The translations under genes were made by a program, and so were the position numbers. A DNA stretch of 64,000 nucleotides from NCBI GenBank assembly GCA_964658305.1, contig OZ210885.1, positions 20,150,001-20,214,000 of the forward strand, read 5' to 3'. Below the pieces are notes generated by a model. It did no database searches, was not told the origin of the DNA, and saw nothing but the letters and a program-made list of their open reading frames with translations. Below, one piece after another: positions 39,091-50,940 of this stretch; the first letter of the stretch is position 1; each line of letters starts with the position of its first letter. The DNA is from Leptogorgia sarmentosa (taxonomy: Eukaryota).

Positions 39091-40401
39091 AAATGTAGTG
39101 CACGTACACTTAGCTTCGTTGAGATGATTATGTTTGCAGCCCAAGTATAGTACCCAAGGGAATTCTAAAACAGTTTTCCATTTGCATTTTTATCAACGAA
39201 CATCTTGTATACAAGACACTAGGATTACATAATATACATGTATAATATTAAAGAACTACTTTTCAGAACATGAATAAGTGTTTGGTTCCCCAGTATAAAG
39301 TCGTAGTATGGAATTAACAGATGAATAACTCAACGAAACACCCCAATATGACAAGAATCACGAAACGTGTCTAATGGGAATTTAACAAACAGATTACAAG
39401 CAGGTCTTTGTTGTAGGCAAGCATGCACTTTATTTCCCAATTATGTGCCATCAGAATATGATTGAATTCCTCTCGCAACTCGGGGAATGACTGGTATGAA
39501 GATGGTAGTTGCAGTAATGTATTGCATGTACGAGCAATTGGTCTTCTCTCAAGGCCAGACAATTCCGTAAATGTAACTTGAATGCCTTCAAACAGCATCA
39601 GCTCAGAACCACTAATAAACCTGATGAAAGTTGCCAGCTTTTCGGGAGTGTCCAAACCTCTGATATATCGTCGAAGGAACCCTAAACACTCTCTTTCTGC
39701 ATCTGACTGTGGAAAGGACTCAATACATTTTGCAATTTTACTGACTGTTGGTTTTACCCGCTCATAAATATCTGCCAAGGAATTTGGAGTCGGAAAATAT
39801 TCTGCAAGAAGTTGGACAATATCTTTCCAACAATCTGTGACATACTGTGGCTTTTGAATAATTTCTTTGTGTGCTATTCCTTGGATAACCTTTCTAATAT
39901 TTTCCTGAGTGACACGTGATCGACAATCATACAACTTCAACATGTCCAAAAGCTCTTCGAATTCACTTTCATTCGCAAAATCTAAATCTCCAGAAAGGCA
40001 TTTCTCGAATATTCTTCTCTCGTCTGCCGAAATAAACTTCATGAATACTGGATTAACATATTGGGGTCACTGGACATTGGACGATTCTCCAAAAAGAACA
40101 TGTGATAAGAATGTCTTGGATACAAGAAGTGGTAGGTACTGGCACATACGGTATCCTTTAAGCAACACCCTTGCAATGGCTTCCCAGTCAAGTCTATTAT
40201 AGTTGTGCCTTATAAATGGCACACGTTTATTCGCACCAATAAGAAGGGAGTCATATATTTCCTTCCAGAAAAGACTTACAACGTACCTTACAACTCCTAT
40301 GCCATGGCCCTTTTCTTCATTCCCTCTGCCATCGATAAACACAAATGTAACTTTGCAATCCATAGCAGAAGGATCTTTAAATGCCTCAATAATGTCCTTT
40401 T

Positions 40402-41620
40402 TAGTGCAAAGTTTAACTTTGCAGTATTGTGATGAGGGGCGAAAATTCACATCAGCGATTCAGCGATTCATTCATAGTGTAAACTCCGGGGGGAGCGTCC
40501 CAAATTCTTCTGATATGCGAAACACCGTAGTTGACTGATATCCATGGAATGTTTCAACAAAAATGATTCGATTGCAGTTATAAATCATTGCTTATCATTA
40601 TTCGCAGTTGTTCTCATCGATACGAAAGTTAGTTAGATGAGAAATGTGATCAAAGAAGCGCACATTATACAGTACACAATGGCGGAAGCCCCTCCGGAAT
40701 TTCAGTTTTTGCAAAAATTGCAACTCAGCACATGTCTGGGGAATGAAATTACACAATATGGCGGACGCTAAGAGTGGGGCCGTGAATAAGTAATTCAGTA
40801 TGATGATAATATAATGTGGCCAACATGTCTGAATACATTGATAAAGCAGTTAAAATGTTCTTTATATATCAGCAATGAATCTAGAGATTTGAATTTATTA
40901 TCATTATTAGTAGAAAACTTGTATTTGGCTCGTCATGGACAATTTAAAATAGCTAATGTTAACTACCGCCGTGCGTATTATATTAAAACATTTAGTTGGC
41001 CGACATTGCCATCGCAATTCGCAAATAGTGGGCAAACTCAGATGTGTAGCACAGTAGAACTCGTCATAACAAGATAGCCATAATTTTGTATCGTATTTAG
41101 TTAATATGGTTGTCAAAGCCAACATATATTTGCGAGCTTTCGCATTTATAGCTTTCGTGTTTGTTTTCGCCGTCTTCGACTCTTCCCCGTCTTCGACTCT
41201 TCCCGTCTTCCGGCCTCGCGGTTGTTTGTTTACCAGACATACCGGGGATTTACAGAATTTTCGATACTAAAAGAACTAAACCATATACAGGCATACAAAA
41301 GTAAATTTAACGTTGGCCTGATACTGTGAATAAACTGGATATTTTATTACGACGCAGAAGTATCAGCACGATGTGTATGTAATTTAAAACGGTCAGAGGT
41401 CAGAGATTTATCTGATTTGCTTTTAACACGCGCGCTGCTGCGACTGCCAGTTGCTTTCCGATAATAAAATAGTGATTATTTTCCAAATATGATTTTAATG
41501 TCTTCTTAGCCCGTTTCAAACGTGGAATTTTGGTCGCATCGAATGCAATTGCATTCGATACGACCAAAATTTGACATATGAAACGGGCCTTAGAAACTTT
41601 GCACTATCCTTGGATCCCTA
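40402..41620. mobile_element. Non-coding insertion with TAGTGCAAAGTTT inverted ends (Academ-like termini?)
   Basis: TAGTGCAAAGTTT (40402) / AAACTTTGCACTA (ends 41606) followed by TCCTTGGATCCCTA; splits a HECT exon; TSD unresolved. Confidence 0.65.
41509..41589. mobile_element. 81-bp hairpin PIF/Harbinger MITE, TTA TSD
   Basis: TTA|GCCCGTTTCAAACG...ATGAAACGGGCC|TTA; near-perfect palindrome centred on GCAATTGC. Confidence 0.85.
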
Positions 41621-43155
41621 GTTAACATTTAACCTGTGTATATCAAGGATCTTGCATCGTCGTTGTTCAATCACTTCATCTATCTCAATAGGCTCGTCAA
41701 CGTTGCCTGGAATTTGAACCATAGGTGCGTTCAACAGACCCACAACATCACTGCCAGATCCCACTTCGACTACATCATTTTCTTGTATATATATTGCGTC
41801 GTTGTTTCGACTAGACAAAACTGTTACATTGGACTCATTATTGTTGCTACAGACTACAGAAATTTCTGCTGTATCACGGTTGCTTTCGCTTTCCTCAAAT
41901 GCCGATAACACATCATCAGCATTAAAATAATCATTTGAGTTCTGATGACTGAAAGATGATGGACTCGTCATGTATGTTGCAATGTTGGTTTGGTTGTTAG
42001 TGCTTTCAGTTTTACTTTAAAAGTGAAAAACAAAAAGAACAAATGTAAAACATGTGGATTTCTAAATAATGTTAGTGCTAGATGTACTACAGGATGTTAA
42101 AGGCCAATTTGGAAATTTTAGGGTAGTCAGTTGAAAAGCACAGTTTTCAAAGTCTTTTGATATACCCAATATACAAATTTAATGATATTGATAGAAGTAT
42201 GTACCTTATTTGAAGTGATAGCTCTTCATTGTCTTCATTTTCCTCCATCATCGGAAAACAGTGACCTAACATAAACTGCTCCTTGACCAGCCATTTTTAC
42301 AACTCTTTCAGTATGAAACTGAACTCCTTCAGCAAGCTTTGGTTTGATCAAATTGCCATAGCATGGCTATTGAATAGAAATGAATATTAATTAACAAGCT
42401 TTCAATACAGTTTGTACAGTTTTCAAACATTTTAGAATTGTTGTTGCTCCAAACTGAATTGCTATTATGATTTAGTATGTGTCAACACACACAAACAAAA
42501 TAATGCACTTTTTTAAATCTGATTTTACTTGAACAGAAGTTGTTTTCTTTTGTTCCTTTTATGATTTATTCAGCCTTAGTCCCCTCTAAATTTGTTTCAC
42601 CCCACATGTTTCATGCATGTTCAAGGCCAGGAATGACACCCAAGAAATAGCTTCTCGATCATCACTATTGGCTTCATTTTTTAAGTGTATTAAAGTCATA
42701 ATAATTTAGTGGCCTAGCTACAGTGAGTGAGAGTATATATGGCGATATTTATAATGCCACTACTGATTGCAAAGTTGAATGAAAATAACAAACATTGACA
42801 CAATATATTAGGACTATTCAAACGTTTCATGTTACCTTTACAAACTCCATACTAATTCATTGTGGAAATTGTTTATAAATTTCATCTTTCAGGGAAGCTT
42901 CATTCCACTCTTTATTAAATGGAAATTCATGGCAAACTAGTTGCCTTTCTTCCAGCTTGACACAACTGTTATGTTTTGGCACTTTTTCAAAATCAGGACC
43001 AGGAATGACAACTGAGTCTTTGTAAACAATCACTTTCTTTGGTCGTCCACACGTTCCAGTTTTTCTCGTATTTGATTTAACGACTCTGCCATTTCTTGTA
43101 GTTCTTCATGTTGGATTGCTAATTCTTTGACGACTAGCGATAGTTGGGAAACACG

Positions 43156-43440
43156 AGTAGTACTATACCGACGATATAGCGTCAGGCCCCGCTGTGCGGG
43201 GTCCCCGCGCAGCCAGACGCTATATCTCCGATACAGAGATATCACGCGAGGGATATCACGCGAGGGGGAGGGGATATCACATGAGGGATATCGTGCTAGG
43301 GATATCACGCGAGGGATATTGCGTGGGGTATCACGTGCTGTGTGCGTGGGGGATATTGCGAGGGATATCACGCGAGGGACATTGCGTGGGGTATCACGTG
43401 CTGTGTGGGTGGGGGATATTGTTGGTTCCCAACCCCCCTC
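43156..43440 (+). repeat. Polinton terminal (presumed TIR) region with GC-rich hairpin and GGGATATCACG repeats
   Basis: TATAGCGTC/GACGCTATA stem around CCCCGC/GCGGGG; multiple GGGATATCACG(C/T)G; 63-bp unit at 43298 and 43361. Confidence 0.75.
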
Positions 43441-43502
43441 TTTGTGAAGGATTTCACACCCCCTATTTGTGTTAGGTGTTGTGGGTGACGCGGAAAAGAG
43501 AA

Positions 43503-43575
43503 TCCCACGTGGTGGACTCGAACCACCAACATCCGGAGCTACAATCCGATGTTCTACCGATTGAACTACCGCGGG
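43503..43575 (-). tRNA. tRNA-Tyr (GUA), intronless, inside the Polinton
   Basis: CCCGCGG TA GTTC AATCGGTA GAAC A TCGGA TTGTAGC TCCGG ATGTT GGTGG TTCGAGT CCACC ACGTGGG A: 73-nt cloverleaf, C1:G72/A73, B box GGTTCGAGTCC, TTTT a few nt downstream; one G7:A66 mismatch. Confidence 0.85.
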
Positions 43576-43977
43576 TATACATTAATGTACATAGTAAAAT
43601 GTGTTTTAATAACAAGAAATATTTTATTTACAATGTGATTTTTATGTAGTTTTTATGTTTTATCCCCGTCGTGGGGGTTAATTCATCTTCATATTTTTGC
43701 GATTTTTTCGACAATTTCCCGGTTTACAGAGGTCTATGAAACCATTTCCACCAACGATCATCAACCACATCAGAATGAGGACTTTAAGTATTACGCAAGG
43801 TAATTTCATGATGTTTTTGAGCTCCGATTTGCTTGATTTTTTTGTAATTATGATGTAAATAAAAAACAACATGTGTTTTATAAACTGTTTTATTCATATA
43901 ACCGTATTTATTACGTGATGTTTTTTCAATAAAATGTGTTTTTTGTATGCAAATTTAGTTAAAAATACACAATTTAT

Positions 43978-44087
43978 GTGCGGTTATTTACGTGCGGTTA
44001 TTTACGTGCGGTTATTTACGTGCGGTTATTTACGTGCGGTTATTTACGTGCGGTTATTTATGTGCTGTTATTTACGTGCGTTTTTAC
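43978..44087 (+). repeat. 14-bp tandem array (GTGCGGTTATTTAC)x~7 upstream of ORF 44133
   Basis: Directly visible; followed by TATTTAAA and TCATT before the ATG. Confidence 0.92.
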
Positions 44088-44132
44088 TGTATTTAAACCC
44101 GAACGTATAGTAGTTTTATTTCATTTTACACA

Positions 44133-44984
44133 ATGGATTTCTCACGATGTGTTGTTATGAATGCGAGCGAATATGCGTGGGAGCGCATATTACCCTATAT
44201 GATGAAGAAAAGTGAAAGATACCACTGGATTACGGTTACTAAAAACGAACAGCATAAAGTGGATACCCATATTGCTGCCCATATCACTTTGTATATTTGG
44301 TGGCAAGGAAATAAAGATTTTTCCGCGACACCGTTACACTCACACATGAAAAGAGTGAAACAGAAAATAATTAGGAATAATGTTGAAACGGAGGATGTTA
44401 AGAAATGCGTTCAATCTTTTAAAATTTCGAGAAGTACACCAACCAAATGTATTCTTCTTGCTTTGATCCAATCAGTAAAGACACACGATTTGGGCGGTAG
44501 TAATATTACCCGGGAATTGGGAGAGTATTTGATGGCATTGATGAAGAAAGCAAAATACACACAAGTTTGTATAAACAAGTTTATACAAAAAGTGAACCCA
44601 CCACCACAAAGCGAGCTAACTGAACCGGAAGATATGCCACTCATACCACCGAGCGTACCATCACAAAGCGAGCCAGCAGATCGACCGCTCGAGACACCAT
44701 CACCACAACCGAGTACATCGCAAGTAGAGGGAAATCAGGACAAAAACGTTTTGACAAAAGGGGTCAAAAAGATATTGGGTGTACAGATTCTAAAGTTGAT
44801 GGGACGCGTTTTTCATGGTGTGAAAGATATGTCCGAAGATATGCGAAGTTTGGCCAAAGATGTTTGTGTTCTTAATAGCAAGATTGACAAGATAGAGGAA
44901 ACTTTTCCTAAACATTACAAGCCTACCATGTATGTGGGTAAAGATAATCCAACGAGCACAAAGTATGGGGTTACACTTTTTTAA
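44133..44984 (+). CDS. Polinton hypothetical protein (283 aa; Pro/Ser-rich linker, short coiled coil)
   Basis: Open ATG ORF in the viral gene array; no recognised domain. Confidence 0.65.
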   Translation: MDFSRCVVMNASEYAWERILPYMMKKSERYHWITVTKNEQHKVDTHIAAHITLYIWWQGNKDFSATPLHSHMKRVKQKIIRNNVETEDVKKCVQSFKISRSTPTKCILLALIQSVKTHDLGGSNITRELGEYLMALMKKAKYTQVCINKFIQKVNPPPQSELTEPEDMPLIPPSVPSQSEPADRPLETPSPQPSTSQVEGNQDKNVLTKGVKKILGVQILKLMGRVFHGVKDMSEDMRSLAKDVCVLNSKIDKIEETFPKHYKPTMYVGKDNPTSTKYGVTLF

Positions 44985-46297
44985 GACATTTATGTAATAA
45001 GACATTCAAGTAAAACATTGTATAAACATTTTTATAGTAAAAACATTGTAAACACATGAAATAACAGTTTTGAACATTTTATTTGATAATTGGTAATTGT
45101 ACAGCATTGAATACAATATTTGACTCATTACCGATTGCTGTTGTGGGCTTTATTTGTCTAAATTGTATAGTGTAACAAATATAGACCCCTGTTGTTGGGG
45201 GGTTATATTGAAATAGATGGTTGAGGAGGAATCTTTTATCGGATCGTTTCTTGTCCTTGTATTTTATTGTACCAAGGGTAGCTGCTGTTCCACTGTCTGT
45301 TTGTGTGTTTGTACCGGCTGTGTACAAAAGTAGGCGGAATTCCAATTCCAAATCATTACCGATAGTGTTATCATTGTCGAATGCATGCACTAGTAATGTT
45401 AGACGCAAAGGATCGGTGCTTACTAACGGGAAGGTTGGTGTGGGGTATCCGGTAATGGGGGTTTTAGGGGAACACCACATTGAGGTTGTTTGCGCTGGTG
45501 ATGACATAAATAAACTGTCCATTACAGTATTATTGTACGCGTTTGTGATATAATGTAGTATAGTTTTTGCCATATGTAGTTGAGTGGAAGTTAGCAGGTT
45601 TGCTGTGGCTATTTTTAGTTTGCCATTAGCGAGAATAGTTCCATCTTGTTGTTCGAATCCTGCGAGAAGAGTATTTCCTCTCATGATACTTTTGAATTTC
45701 TGCCTTTCAAAGTCTTTGTGATAGGGAAAATGAAGTCTGTTTGTGAGATTTGCGCTGGAATAATTTGCAGTGGATAACTGTAGAAATGTAAATCCCCCGT
45801 AAACGCTTATTGCCATGTTCCTTTCAGGTAAGTCGGCAGTTGTGTACAAAATTTCAAAAACAAATTGTGATTTAGGGTTAGCGGTAGGATTTGCGTTTTT
45901 GTCAACTCTTCCCAAATAGTATTCGTACGTTTTTCCGTTGTGGTCCACCGTTCCTATTCGCCTTACAGAAGCACTTGAGTTAACATTTGAACCGTAGTTT
46001 GTGAACATGAGTACGGTTTTTGTCACTCCGCTGTTGATGTGATCTCGGATAGCAAATATTACTCCGTATGACTCCGCTTGAGAGTAAGGCCCGGTTCAAA
46101 CGTCGAGTATAATGCTTGTCGAATATAATTCTAAATATAGTCGACTTTAATTTTTGTAATTTGACATTCGATTTAGACGTCGAATTTAATAAATAGTCGC
46201 ATATATAATCGCACATGCAGTCTAATAGCGAAAAGCAATGACATTGGTCAGCAGATTATAATTCGCAGAAATAAGGATCTATTGTTGAGTTGCAAAA

Positions 46298-47563
46298 ATG
46301 GCAAAGGTGAAAGATCCAGGTAATATGATTTTATATCGAGTTATTCGGGAGTGCAGGCGGCGTAGAAAGATCATTCGACGAACTCTGCAATACGCTATGA
46401 TGCGGAGAAAACGAGTATTGCAATTGTCTTTACTTCTGCTTCTGTTGATCACTTCCATAAAAGCTGTTCCAGTTGATCGATCCTGCCGCAGAGTATCTCG
46501 AAATTGTGGTTGGTGGGAGAAAGTATGGAAAACCTATTCAGAAGCCCGCTTTAAAAAAACCTTTTGTGTATCTCGTGCTACTTTTATTTACTTACTTTCC
46601 AAAATAAGGCATAAGCTGGAACGTCACGTTGTCTATATCGGCTTGGCAGAGGTAGTTACTACTATACCATTGCCGAGATGTCTGGGCTTGGGATATCAAC
46701 TGTTTGCTCCATCACACAAGAAGTATCACAAGCCATTGTTGACTGTTTATGGGACGGGACTGTATCGAAATATATGCCAAAATCAACTGAAGATTTCAAA
46801 GAGAAAATGATCGATATGGATGTAATGTGGCAATTCCCCAGCTGCTGGGCAGCAATGGACGGATGTCATATTCCAATCAAATGCCCGGCCGGTGGAAAGA
46901 TTGCATGCAAGGAGTATCACAATTTTAAAAATTTTTACTCAATAGTGTTAATGGGATTGGTAGATTCCCATTACAGGTTTGTGTGGGCAAGTTGTGGCTA
47001 CCCTGGCAATTCTCATGATGCTATCATTTTTGAGTCCACGGAACTTTGCTCAAAGATCAAAGAAGGCAATTGCATACCAGAAATTAAAAATAATATTGGG
47101 GGTGTTAATGTTTTGCCTCTAATTATTGCTGACTCAGCATTTTCCCTATCAAAGTGGATGATGAAGCCTTATGGTGAAGCTGTGCTGTCTGAAAAGCAAA
47201 GGTACTTTAATTACCGCTTGAGCCGTGCTCGCATGGTGACAGAAGGGGCCTATGGGCAGTTGAAGGGTCACTGGCGCATCCTCTTGAGAAAGTGTGAAAG
47301 TACAAATGAAGAGGTCAGAAGGTGTGCACTGTGTAGTATTGCACAATGTTTGCATTGAGAGAGGCGATACCATTTCCCAAAAGCTAGACTTAACAACTGA
47401 TCCTTTAACCCAACAGAGAAGAGATCCAGAAGTAGTAAGATTACTGGATATGCGGGCTTGTAAAAGCACTACAGATACAAAATGTTCTCCAGCAGCTAAG
47501 AATGTTCGAAACATTATTGCAAACAAACTATGGGCAGAAAAGGAAAGTGGAAAAGTTGATTAA
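46298..47563 (+). pseudogene. Harbinger (HARBI1-like) DDE transposase, frameshifted
   Basis: FKKTFCVSRATF; AMDGCHIP; PGNSHDA; IADSAF; RARMVTEGAYGQLK; VLHNVC in another frame. Confidence 0.9.
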
Positions 47564-47956
47564 AAACAAGTTAATGTTTTGTATTTGATATTACTTTATT
47601 ATGAAGAACTCAATGAAATGTAACACTACAGAGTATGCATCATGTTTATGGCTATTTGCAAGCGTGCATTCTGCAATGGACACATAAAATGCTAATTGAT
47701 TTGCACAAAACATACAAAATCTACAGTGAAACATGAAGGTCTGAAATAAACATGTTCGAAGTTGGCAGTTAAAGGTAGCTTGCAAACAGCAGTAAGTGCT
47801 TCTGCAGTGGTACGGAAAACAGCTTTAAGATACTGTACATAACTTGAAAAAACTCAACATTTGGTGCATGCCCATAATTATTATTGTTATTTCTTTCTAT
47901 ATGACGTATTTCCAAAATACTTAAAAATGTTTCAATTCAGCACCCTGTAAATAACT

Positions 47957-49459
47957 TCATAATTTGTGATAAGTTTTTTCCTCTAATTGTAAATGCTCTT
48001 CATGTGATTGAGACGCAGATGAGATTAAGGAACTGCTTGAGCATGATGAGGATGGCCTAGTGGTCAAGCGGGAAGAAGGACTGAAAAACATACTTGATTC
48101 ACCTTGCCATGGTTGATATGATTGGAATGACCTACCACATCCCTGACCTGTGACATGGTTTGCCACTTGCTGATACTCATTTCCATGCACTTGCCAATAT
48201 GTCTGCGGTGTGGGACCAGAAGCATGTTGCTGTGGTGGATGATGTGTTGCTGATAAGAACTTATCTACAAGCTTTGCTTCATGCTCCATTGACTTTTGTA
48301 ATTCTTCACGCATGAAAGATATCATCTCTTTGGCAGGGTCATTTGATATTGTTTCTTTTATAAGCCCAATTACCTCAGCAATGGTATCTTTGTTTGAAGA
48401 CTTCTTTTTAGTTGATTTAATTGGTACAAAAGGTTTTTCTGAGTTTTCCTCTTCATGTGAGTCATTTTCAGTATTACTTCCAGCAATTGTGCTTGTTGTT
48501 GCAGAAGGCTCTACAGCTTTCTCAGGGTTACATGAATCCCTTGTTTGAACTAGTGGGAACAACTTATTGAACCAAGCACCAAATCCTTTATCTTCTTGGA
48601 ACCTTTTAATGCCTGATCCAGTCTTAATAGTTAGTGCTGCAAACTTACAATCACTCACACATTTCTTAAACTTTGTGCGTAGCTGAGCAGCAGTAAAGTC
48701 AATATCCTCATCTCTGGCAGAACACCTATCCTTTAACTCTTTGAGGATTTTCTCATATATGAGGCCATTTTGCTGATTCTTTGTGTTTGTAGTATTCATC
48801 ATTTGTAACAATGTCTACAAAGTCGTCTAGTGCTTCAGTGCTCCATCGGGTTTTTTGCGTCCCTTTTTCTTCTTTTCAGTTTTCGGTTTCTCACATGTAG
48901 CTTTTTTAGTTCTATATAATATTATAATTAAATGAAAACAGTTTGTAGTAAGACAACCAGAAACCATTAGACAATATAAAAAATGCTTAATAGGGGGAGT
49001 AATTATTAAATTTTGAAATTAAATTGCAGCAATTTTAAAATTTATTTTATATGGTGCTATACATCTCACATACTTTTATTATAGTTTCATATTCTCTATG
49101 GTGAGAAATATATAGAAAGAAAGTGAGCAGTGAGATGAAGTAAACTCGTGTCTAAAAGACCAATGAAGTATGTACCTTTTTCGCTTTTGCTTTGGTTCAC
49201 TTGGGTCAGCATCGTCAGGTGTATCGCTAGTTTCTTTATCCTCTTCCCAATGGTTATTTTTATCAATAATAGAATTGCCTATTTGACACGTTTGGCAACG
49301 GCCAACAGATTTTCCCATTACCCATCCAGCTGTCTCGTCATCTTCTTCAAACTCTGAACATTTGTTGCAGATGGGCGAAGTACAGTCTATACACTGGTAT
49401 GTTGTTAAAATAGAACAAGAACAACAGTGTGCTTTATCTTCTGTGCATTTACCCGCCAT
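47957..49459 (-). pseudogene. Harbinger partner protein (Myb/SANT-trihelix-like) with Cys-rich first exon
   Basis: RWSTEALDD..IYEKI..EL..FTAAQLRTKFKK..WFNKL; exon 1 starts MAGKCTEDK with CxxC pairs; frameshift near 48815. Confidence 0.78.
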
Positions 49460-50361
49460 CTTGAAAATTTTATGAGGGACAGGACCCGTATGTGGAATTC
49501 TGCGCATGTCATTCAGCTTCGTGGAACGTTCGTGGCGCCTAATATAATTTCTCATAATTTATGCATTTTATTCGGCGCATGAAATATTTGATGTTTGAAT
49601 CAACGTCGCCCTACTGCCGAATTATTCGACCGGGACAGTCAAATAAAACGGCATGGTCGCATTTAATTCGAATAGTCGAATTTAATTAATTCATACGTCG
49701 AATTTTTCATGCACTTAATTTTTTAATTGTATTCGGCACATGAAATATTCGACGTTTGAACCGGGCCTAATTTGCAACAATGGAGATTCCTGTTGAGTCT
49801 ACAGCAGGGTCTGAGTTTTGGGTTATTTCAATAGGAGCACGAGAACCCAAAATCGGAACTGTTTCGCTTGTGGCACTTTTTGCTACAACGAGATTTAATC
49901 CTCGATGTCCATTGTAAGGGGCATCAGTGCCCGAATCCTCAAATTCAAAGGTTTGAAAAGCGTGTGGGTATGTTATTTGTCCGAAGTTTTTATTCACCAA
50001 AATAAGCTGCTTTTTTGTGGTGGCGTCGAAATCACCAACATCTCCTTTATCTCCTTTCTGTCCTTGTGGTCCTGCAGGCCCTGTAGGTCCCATGGGGCCT
50101 GTGTTTCCAACTGGCCCTGTGTTTCCTGTATGTCCTGTGGGTCCGATATCTCCTTTGTCTCCTTTAGGTCCCTGGTTTCCTGGATCTCCCTTTGGTCCTT
50201 TTTGTCCACATCCCAATCACGTAATTTTTGTTATAATGACACGATGTTACAATGATGATTCAGGATCTCAAGTAAACAGGATAACGCTATTCTCCTGAAA
50301 AACTTAAGGGAAAGCACATAAAAACTATTTTTAAATGTAGTTGTTCATTCATACAGTAAAC

Positions 50362-50631
50362 ATGACGATACTTGAACTGGACTTTCATTGCATTTATTAC
50401 CGACGCACCCTTGCATGTGTCAATGTTTATACATCGGATTTTTACTCTAAAGTGTGTGCAGAAATTTTGGAGGAAGAGATGAATGAGATGAAAAATGAAA
50501 TCGAACAATATGGTATAATTACGAACAGATCGATTATTAAGAAAATCTGGTATGCGTGTCTTGCGCATGGTTACATCATGGATTATCAAGATTTTCTCGG
50601 TTCTTATGTGGGGATGATAATACTTAAGTGA
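50362..50631 (+). CDS. Small Polinton hypothetical protein
   Basis: ATG preceded by a leader that is duplicated before the next ATG (50682). Confidence 0.45.
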   Translation: MTILELDFHCIYYRRTLACVNVYTSDFYSKVCAEILEEEMNEMKNEIEQYGIITNRSIIKKIWYACLAHGYIMDYQDFLGSYVGMIILK

Positions 50632-50940
50632 AAAGCATGTAAAACTATTTTTAGATGAAGTTGTTTATTCATTCTGTAAACATGGGTAGTGCTGGTAGTA
50701 AAAGAAAAAAGCGATTAAATAAAGATATTGATAAAAAACAAATGTGTAAATTGGGGTTGACTATGCGTCGGGGGGGATACAAATGTTGAGGGTTGCCTCA
50801 AGACGTGGAGTATCACGGAAAAACATGGAAAAAGTATTTACCCGTTGCCAAACTACCAACCATTGAGGAGGAGCCCCCACCCTTTACCATAGAAATAAAA
50901 GAAGACTAACCTTTTATGCTTTCTCATTTTGGAAAAAGTG

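Larger units (their letters stand above)
39371..43155 (-). pseudogene. G2E3-like HECT E3 ubiquitin ligase, multi-exon, interrupted
   Basis: C-lobe FIRFISGS..PIARTCNTLLQLPSSY (catalytic Cys); N-lobe E.G.G.GVVR..VSLFW. DIHRLNV|KDIIEAFKD is split by the 40402-41620 insertion; upstream exons ~42205-42360 and 42836-43155; 5' part displaced by the Polinton. Confidence 0.82.
46088..49767 (+). mobile_element. PIF/Harbinger transposon, TAA TSD, two convergent genes
   Basis: TAA|GGCCCGGTTCAAACGTCGA ... TCGACGTTTGAACCGGGCC|TAA. Confidence 0.95.
45079..50216 (-). pseudogene. Polinton collagen-repeat (fibre/spike-like) protein split by a Harbinger element
   Basis: Removing 46088-49767 plus one TAA fuses 49767-50216 (~19 Gly-X-Y triplets) in frame to 45079-46026 (...IVAN-YSQAESYGVIFAIRDHINSGVTKTVLMF...), about 484 aa; true start unclear. 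Confidence 0.8.

Noticed and set aside
43030..43475. ORFs 43030-43371, 43127-43447 and 43194-43475
   Set aside because: Translations of GC-rich terminal repeats, two of them spanning the HECT/Polinton junction; not credible proteins.
43978..44087. CRISPR-like array (also 63688-63787 and 26863-28760)
   Set aside because: Head-to-tail repeats with no unique spacers, no cas genes and a eukaryotic context.
49767..50216. Host collagen gene
   Set aside because: Short intronless Gly-X-Y tract without signal or propeptide, embedded in the Polinton gene array.
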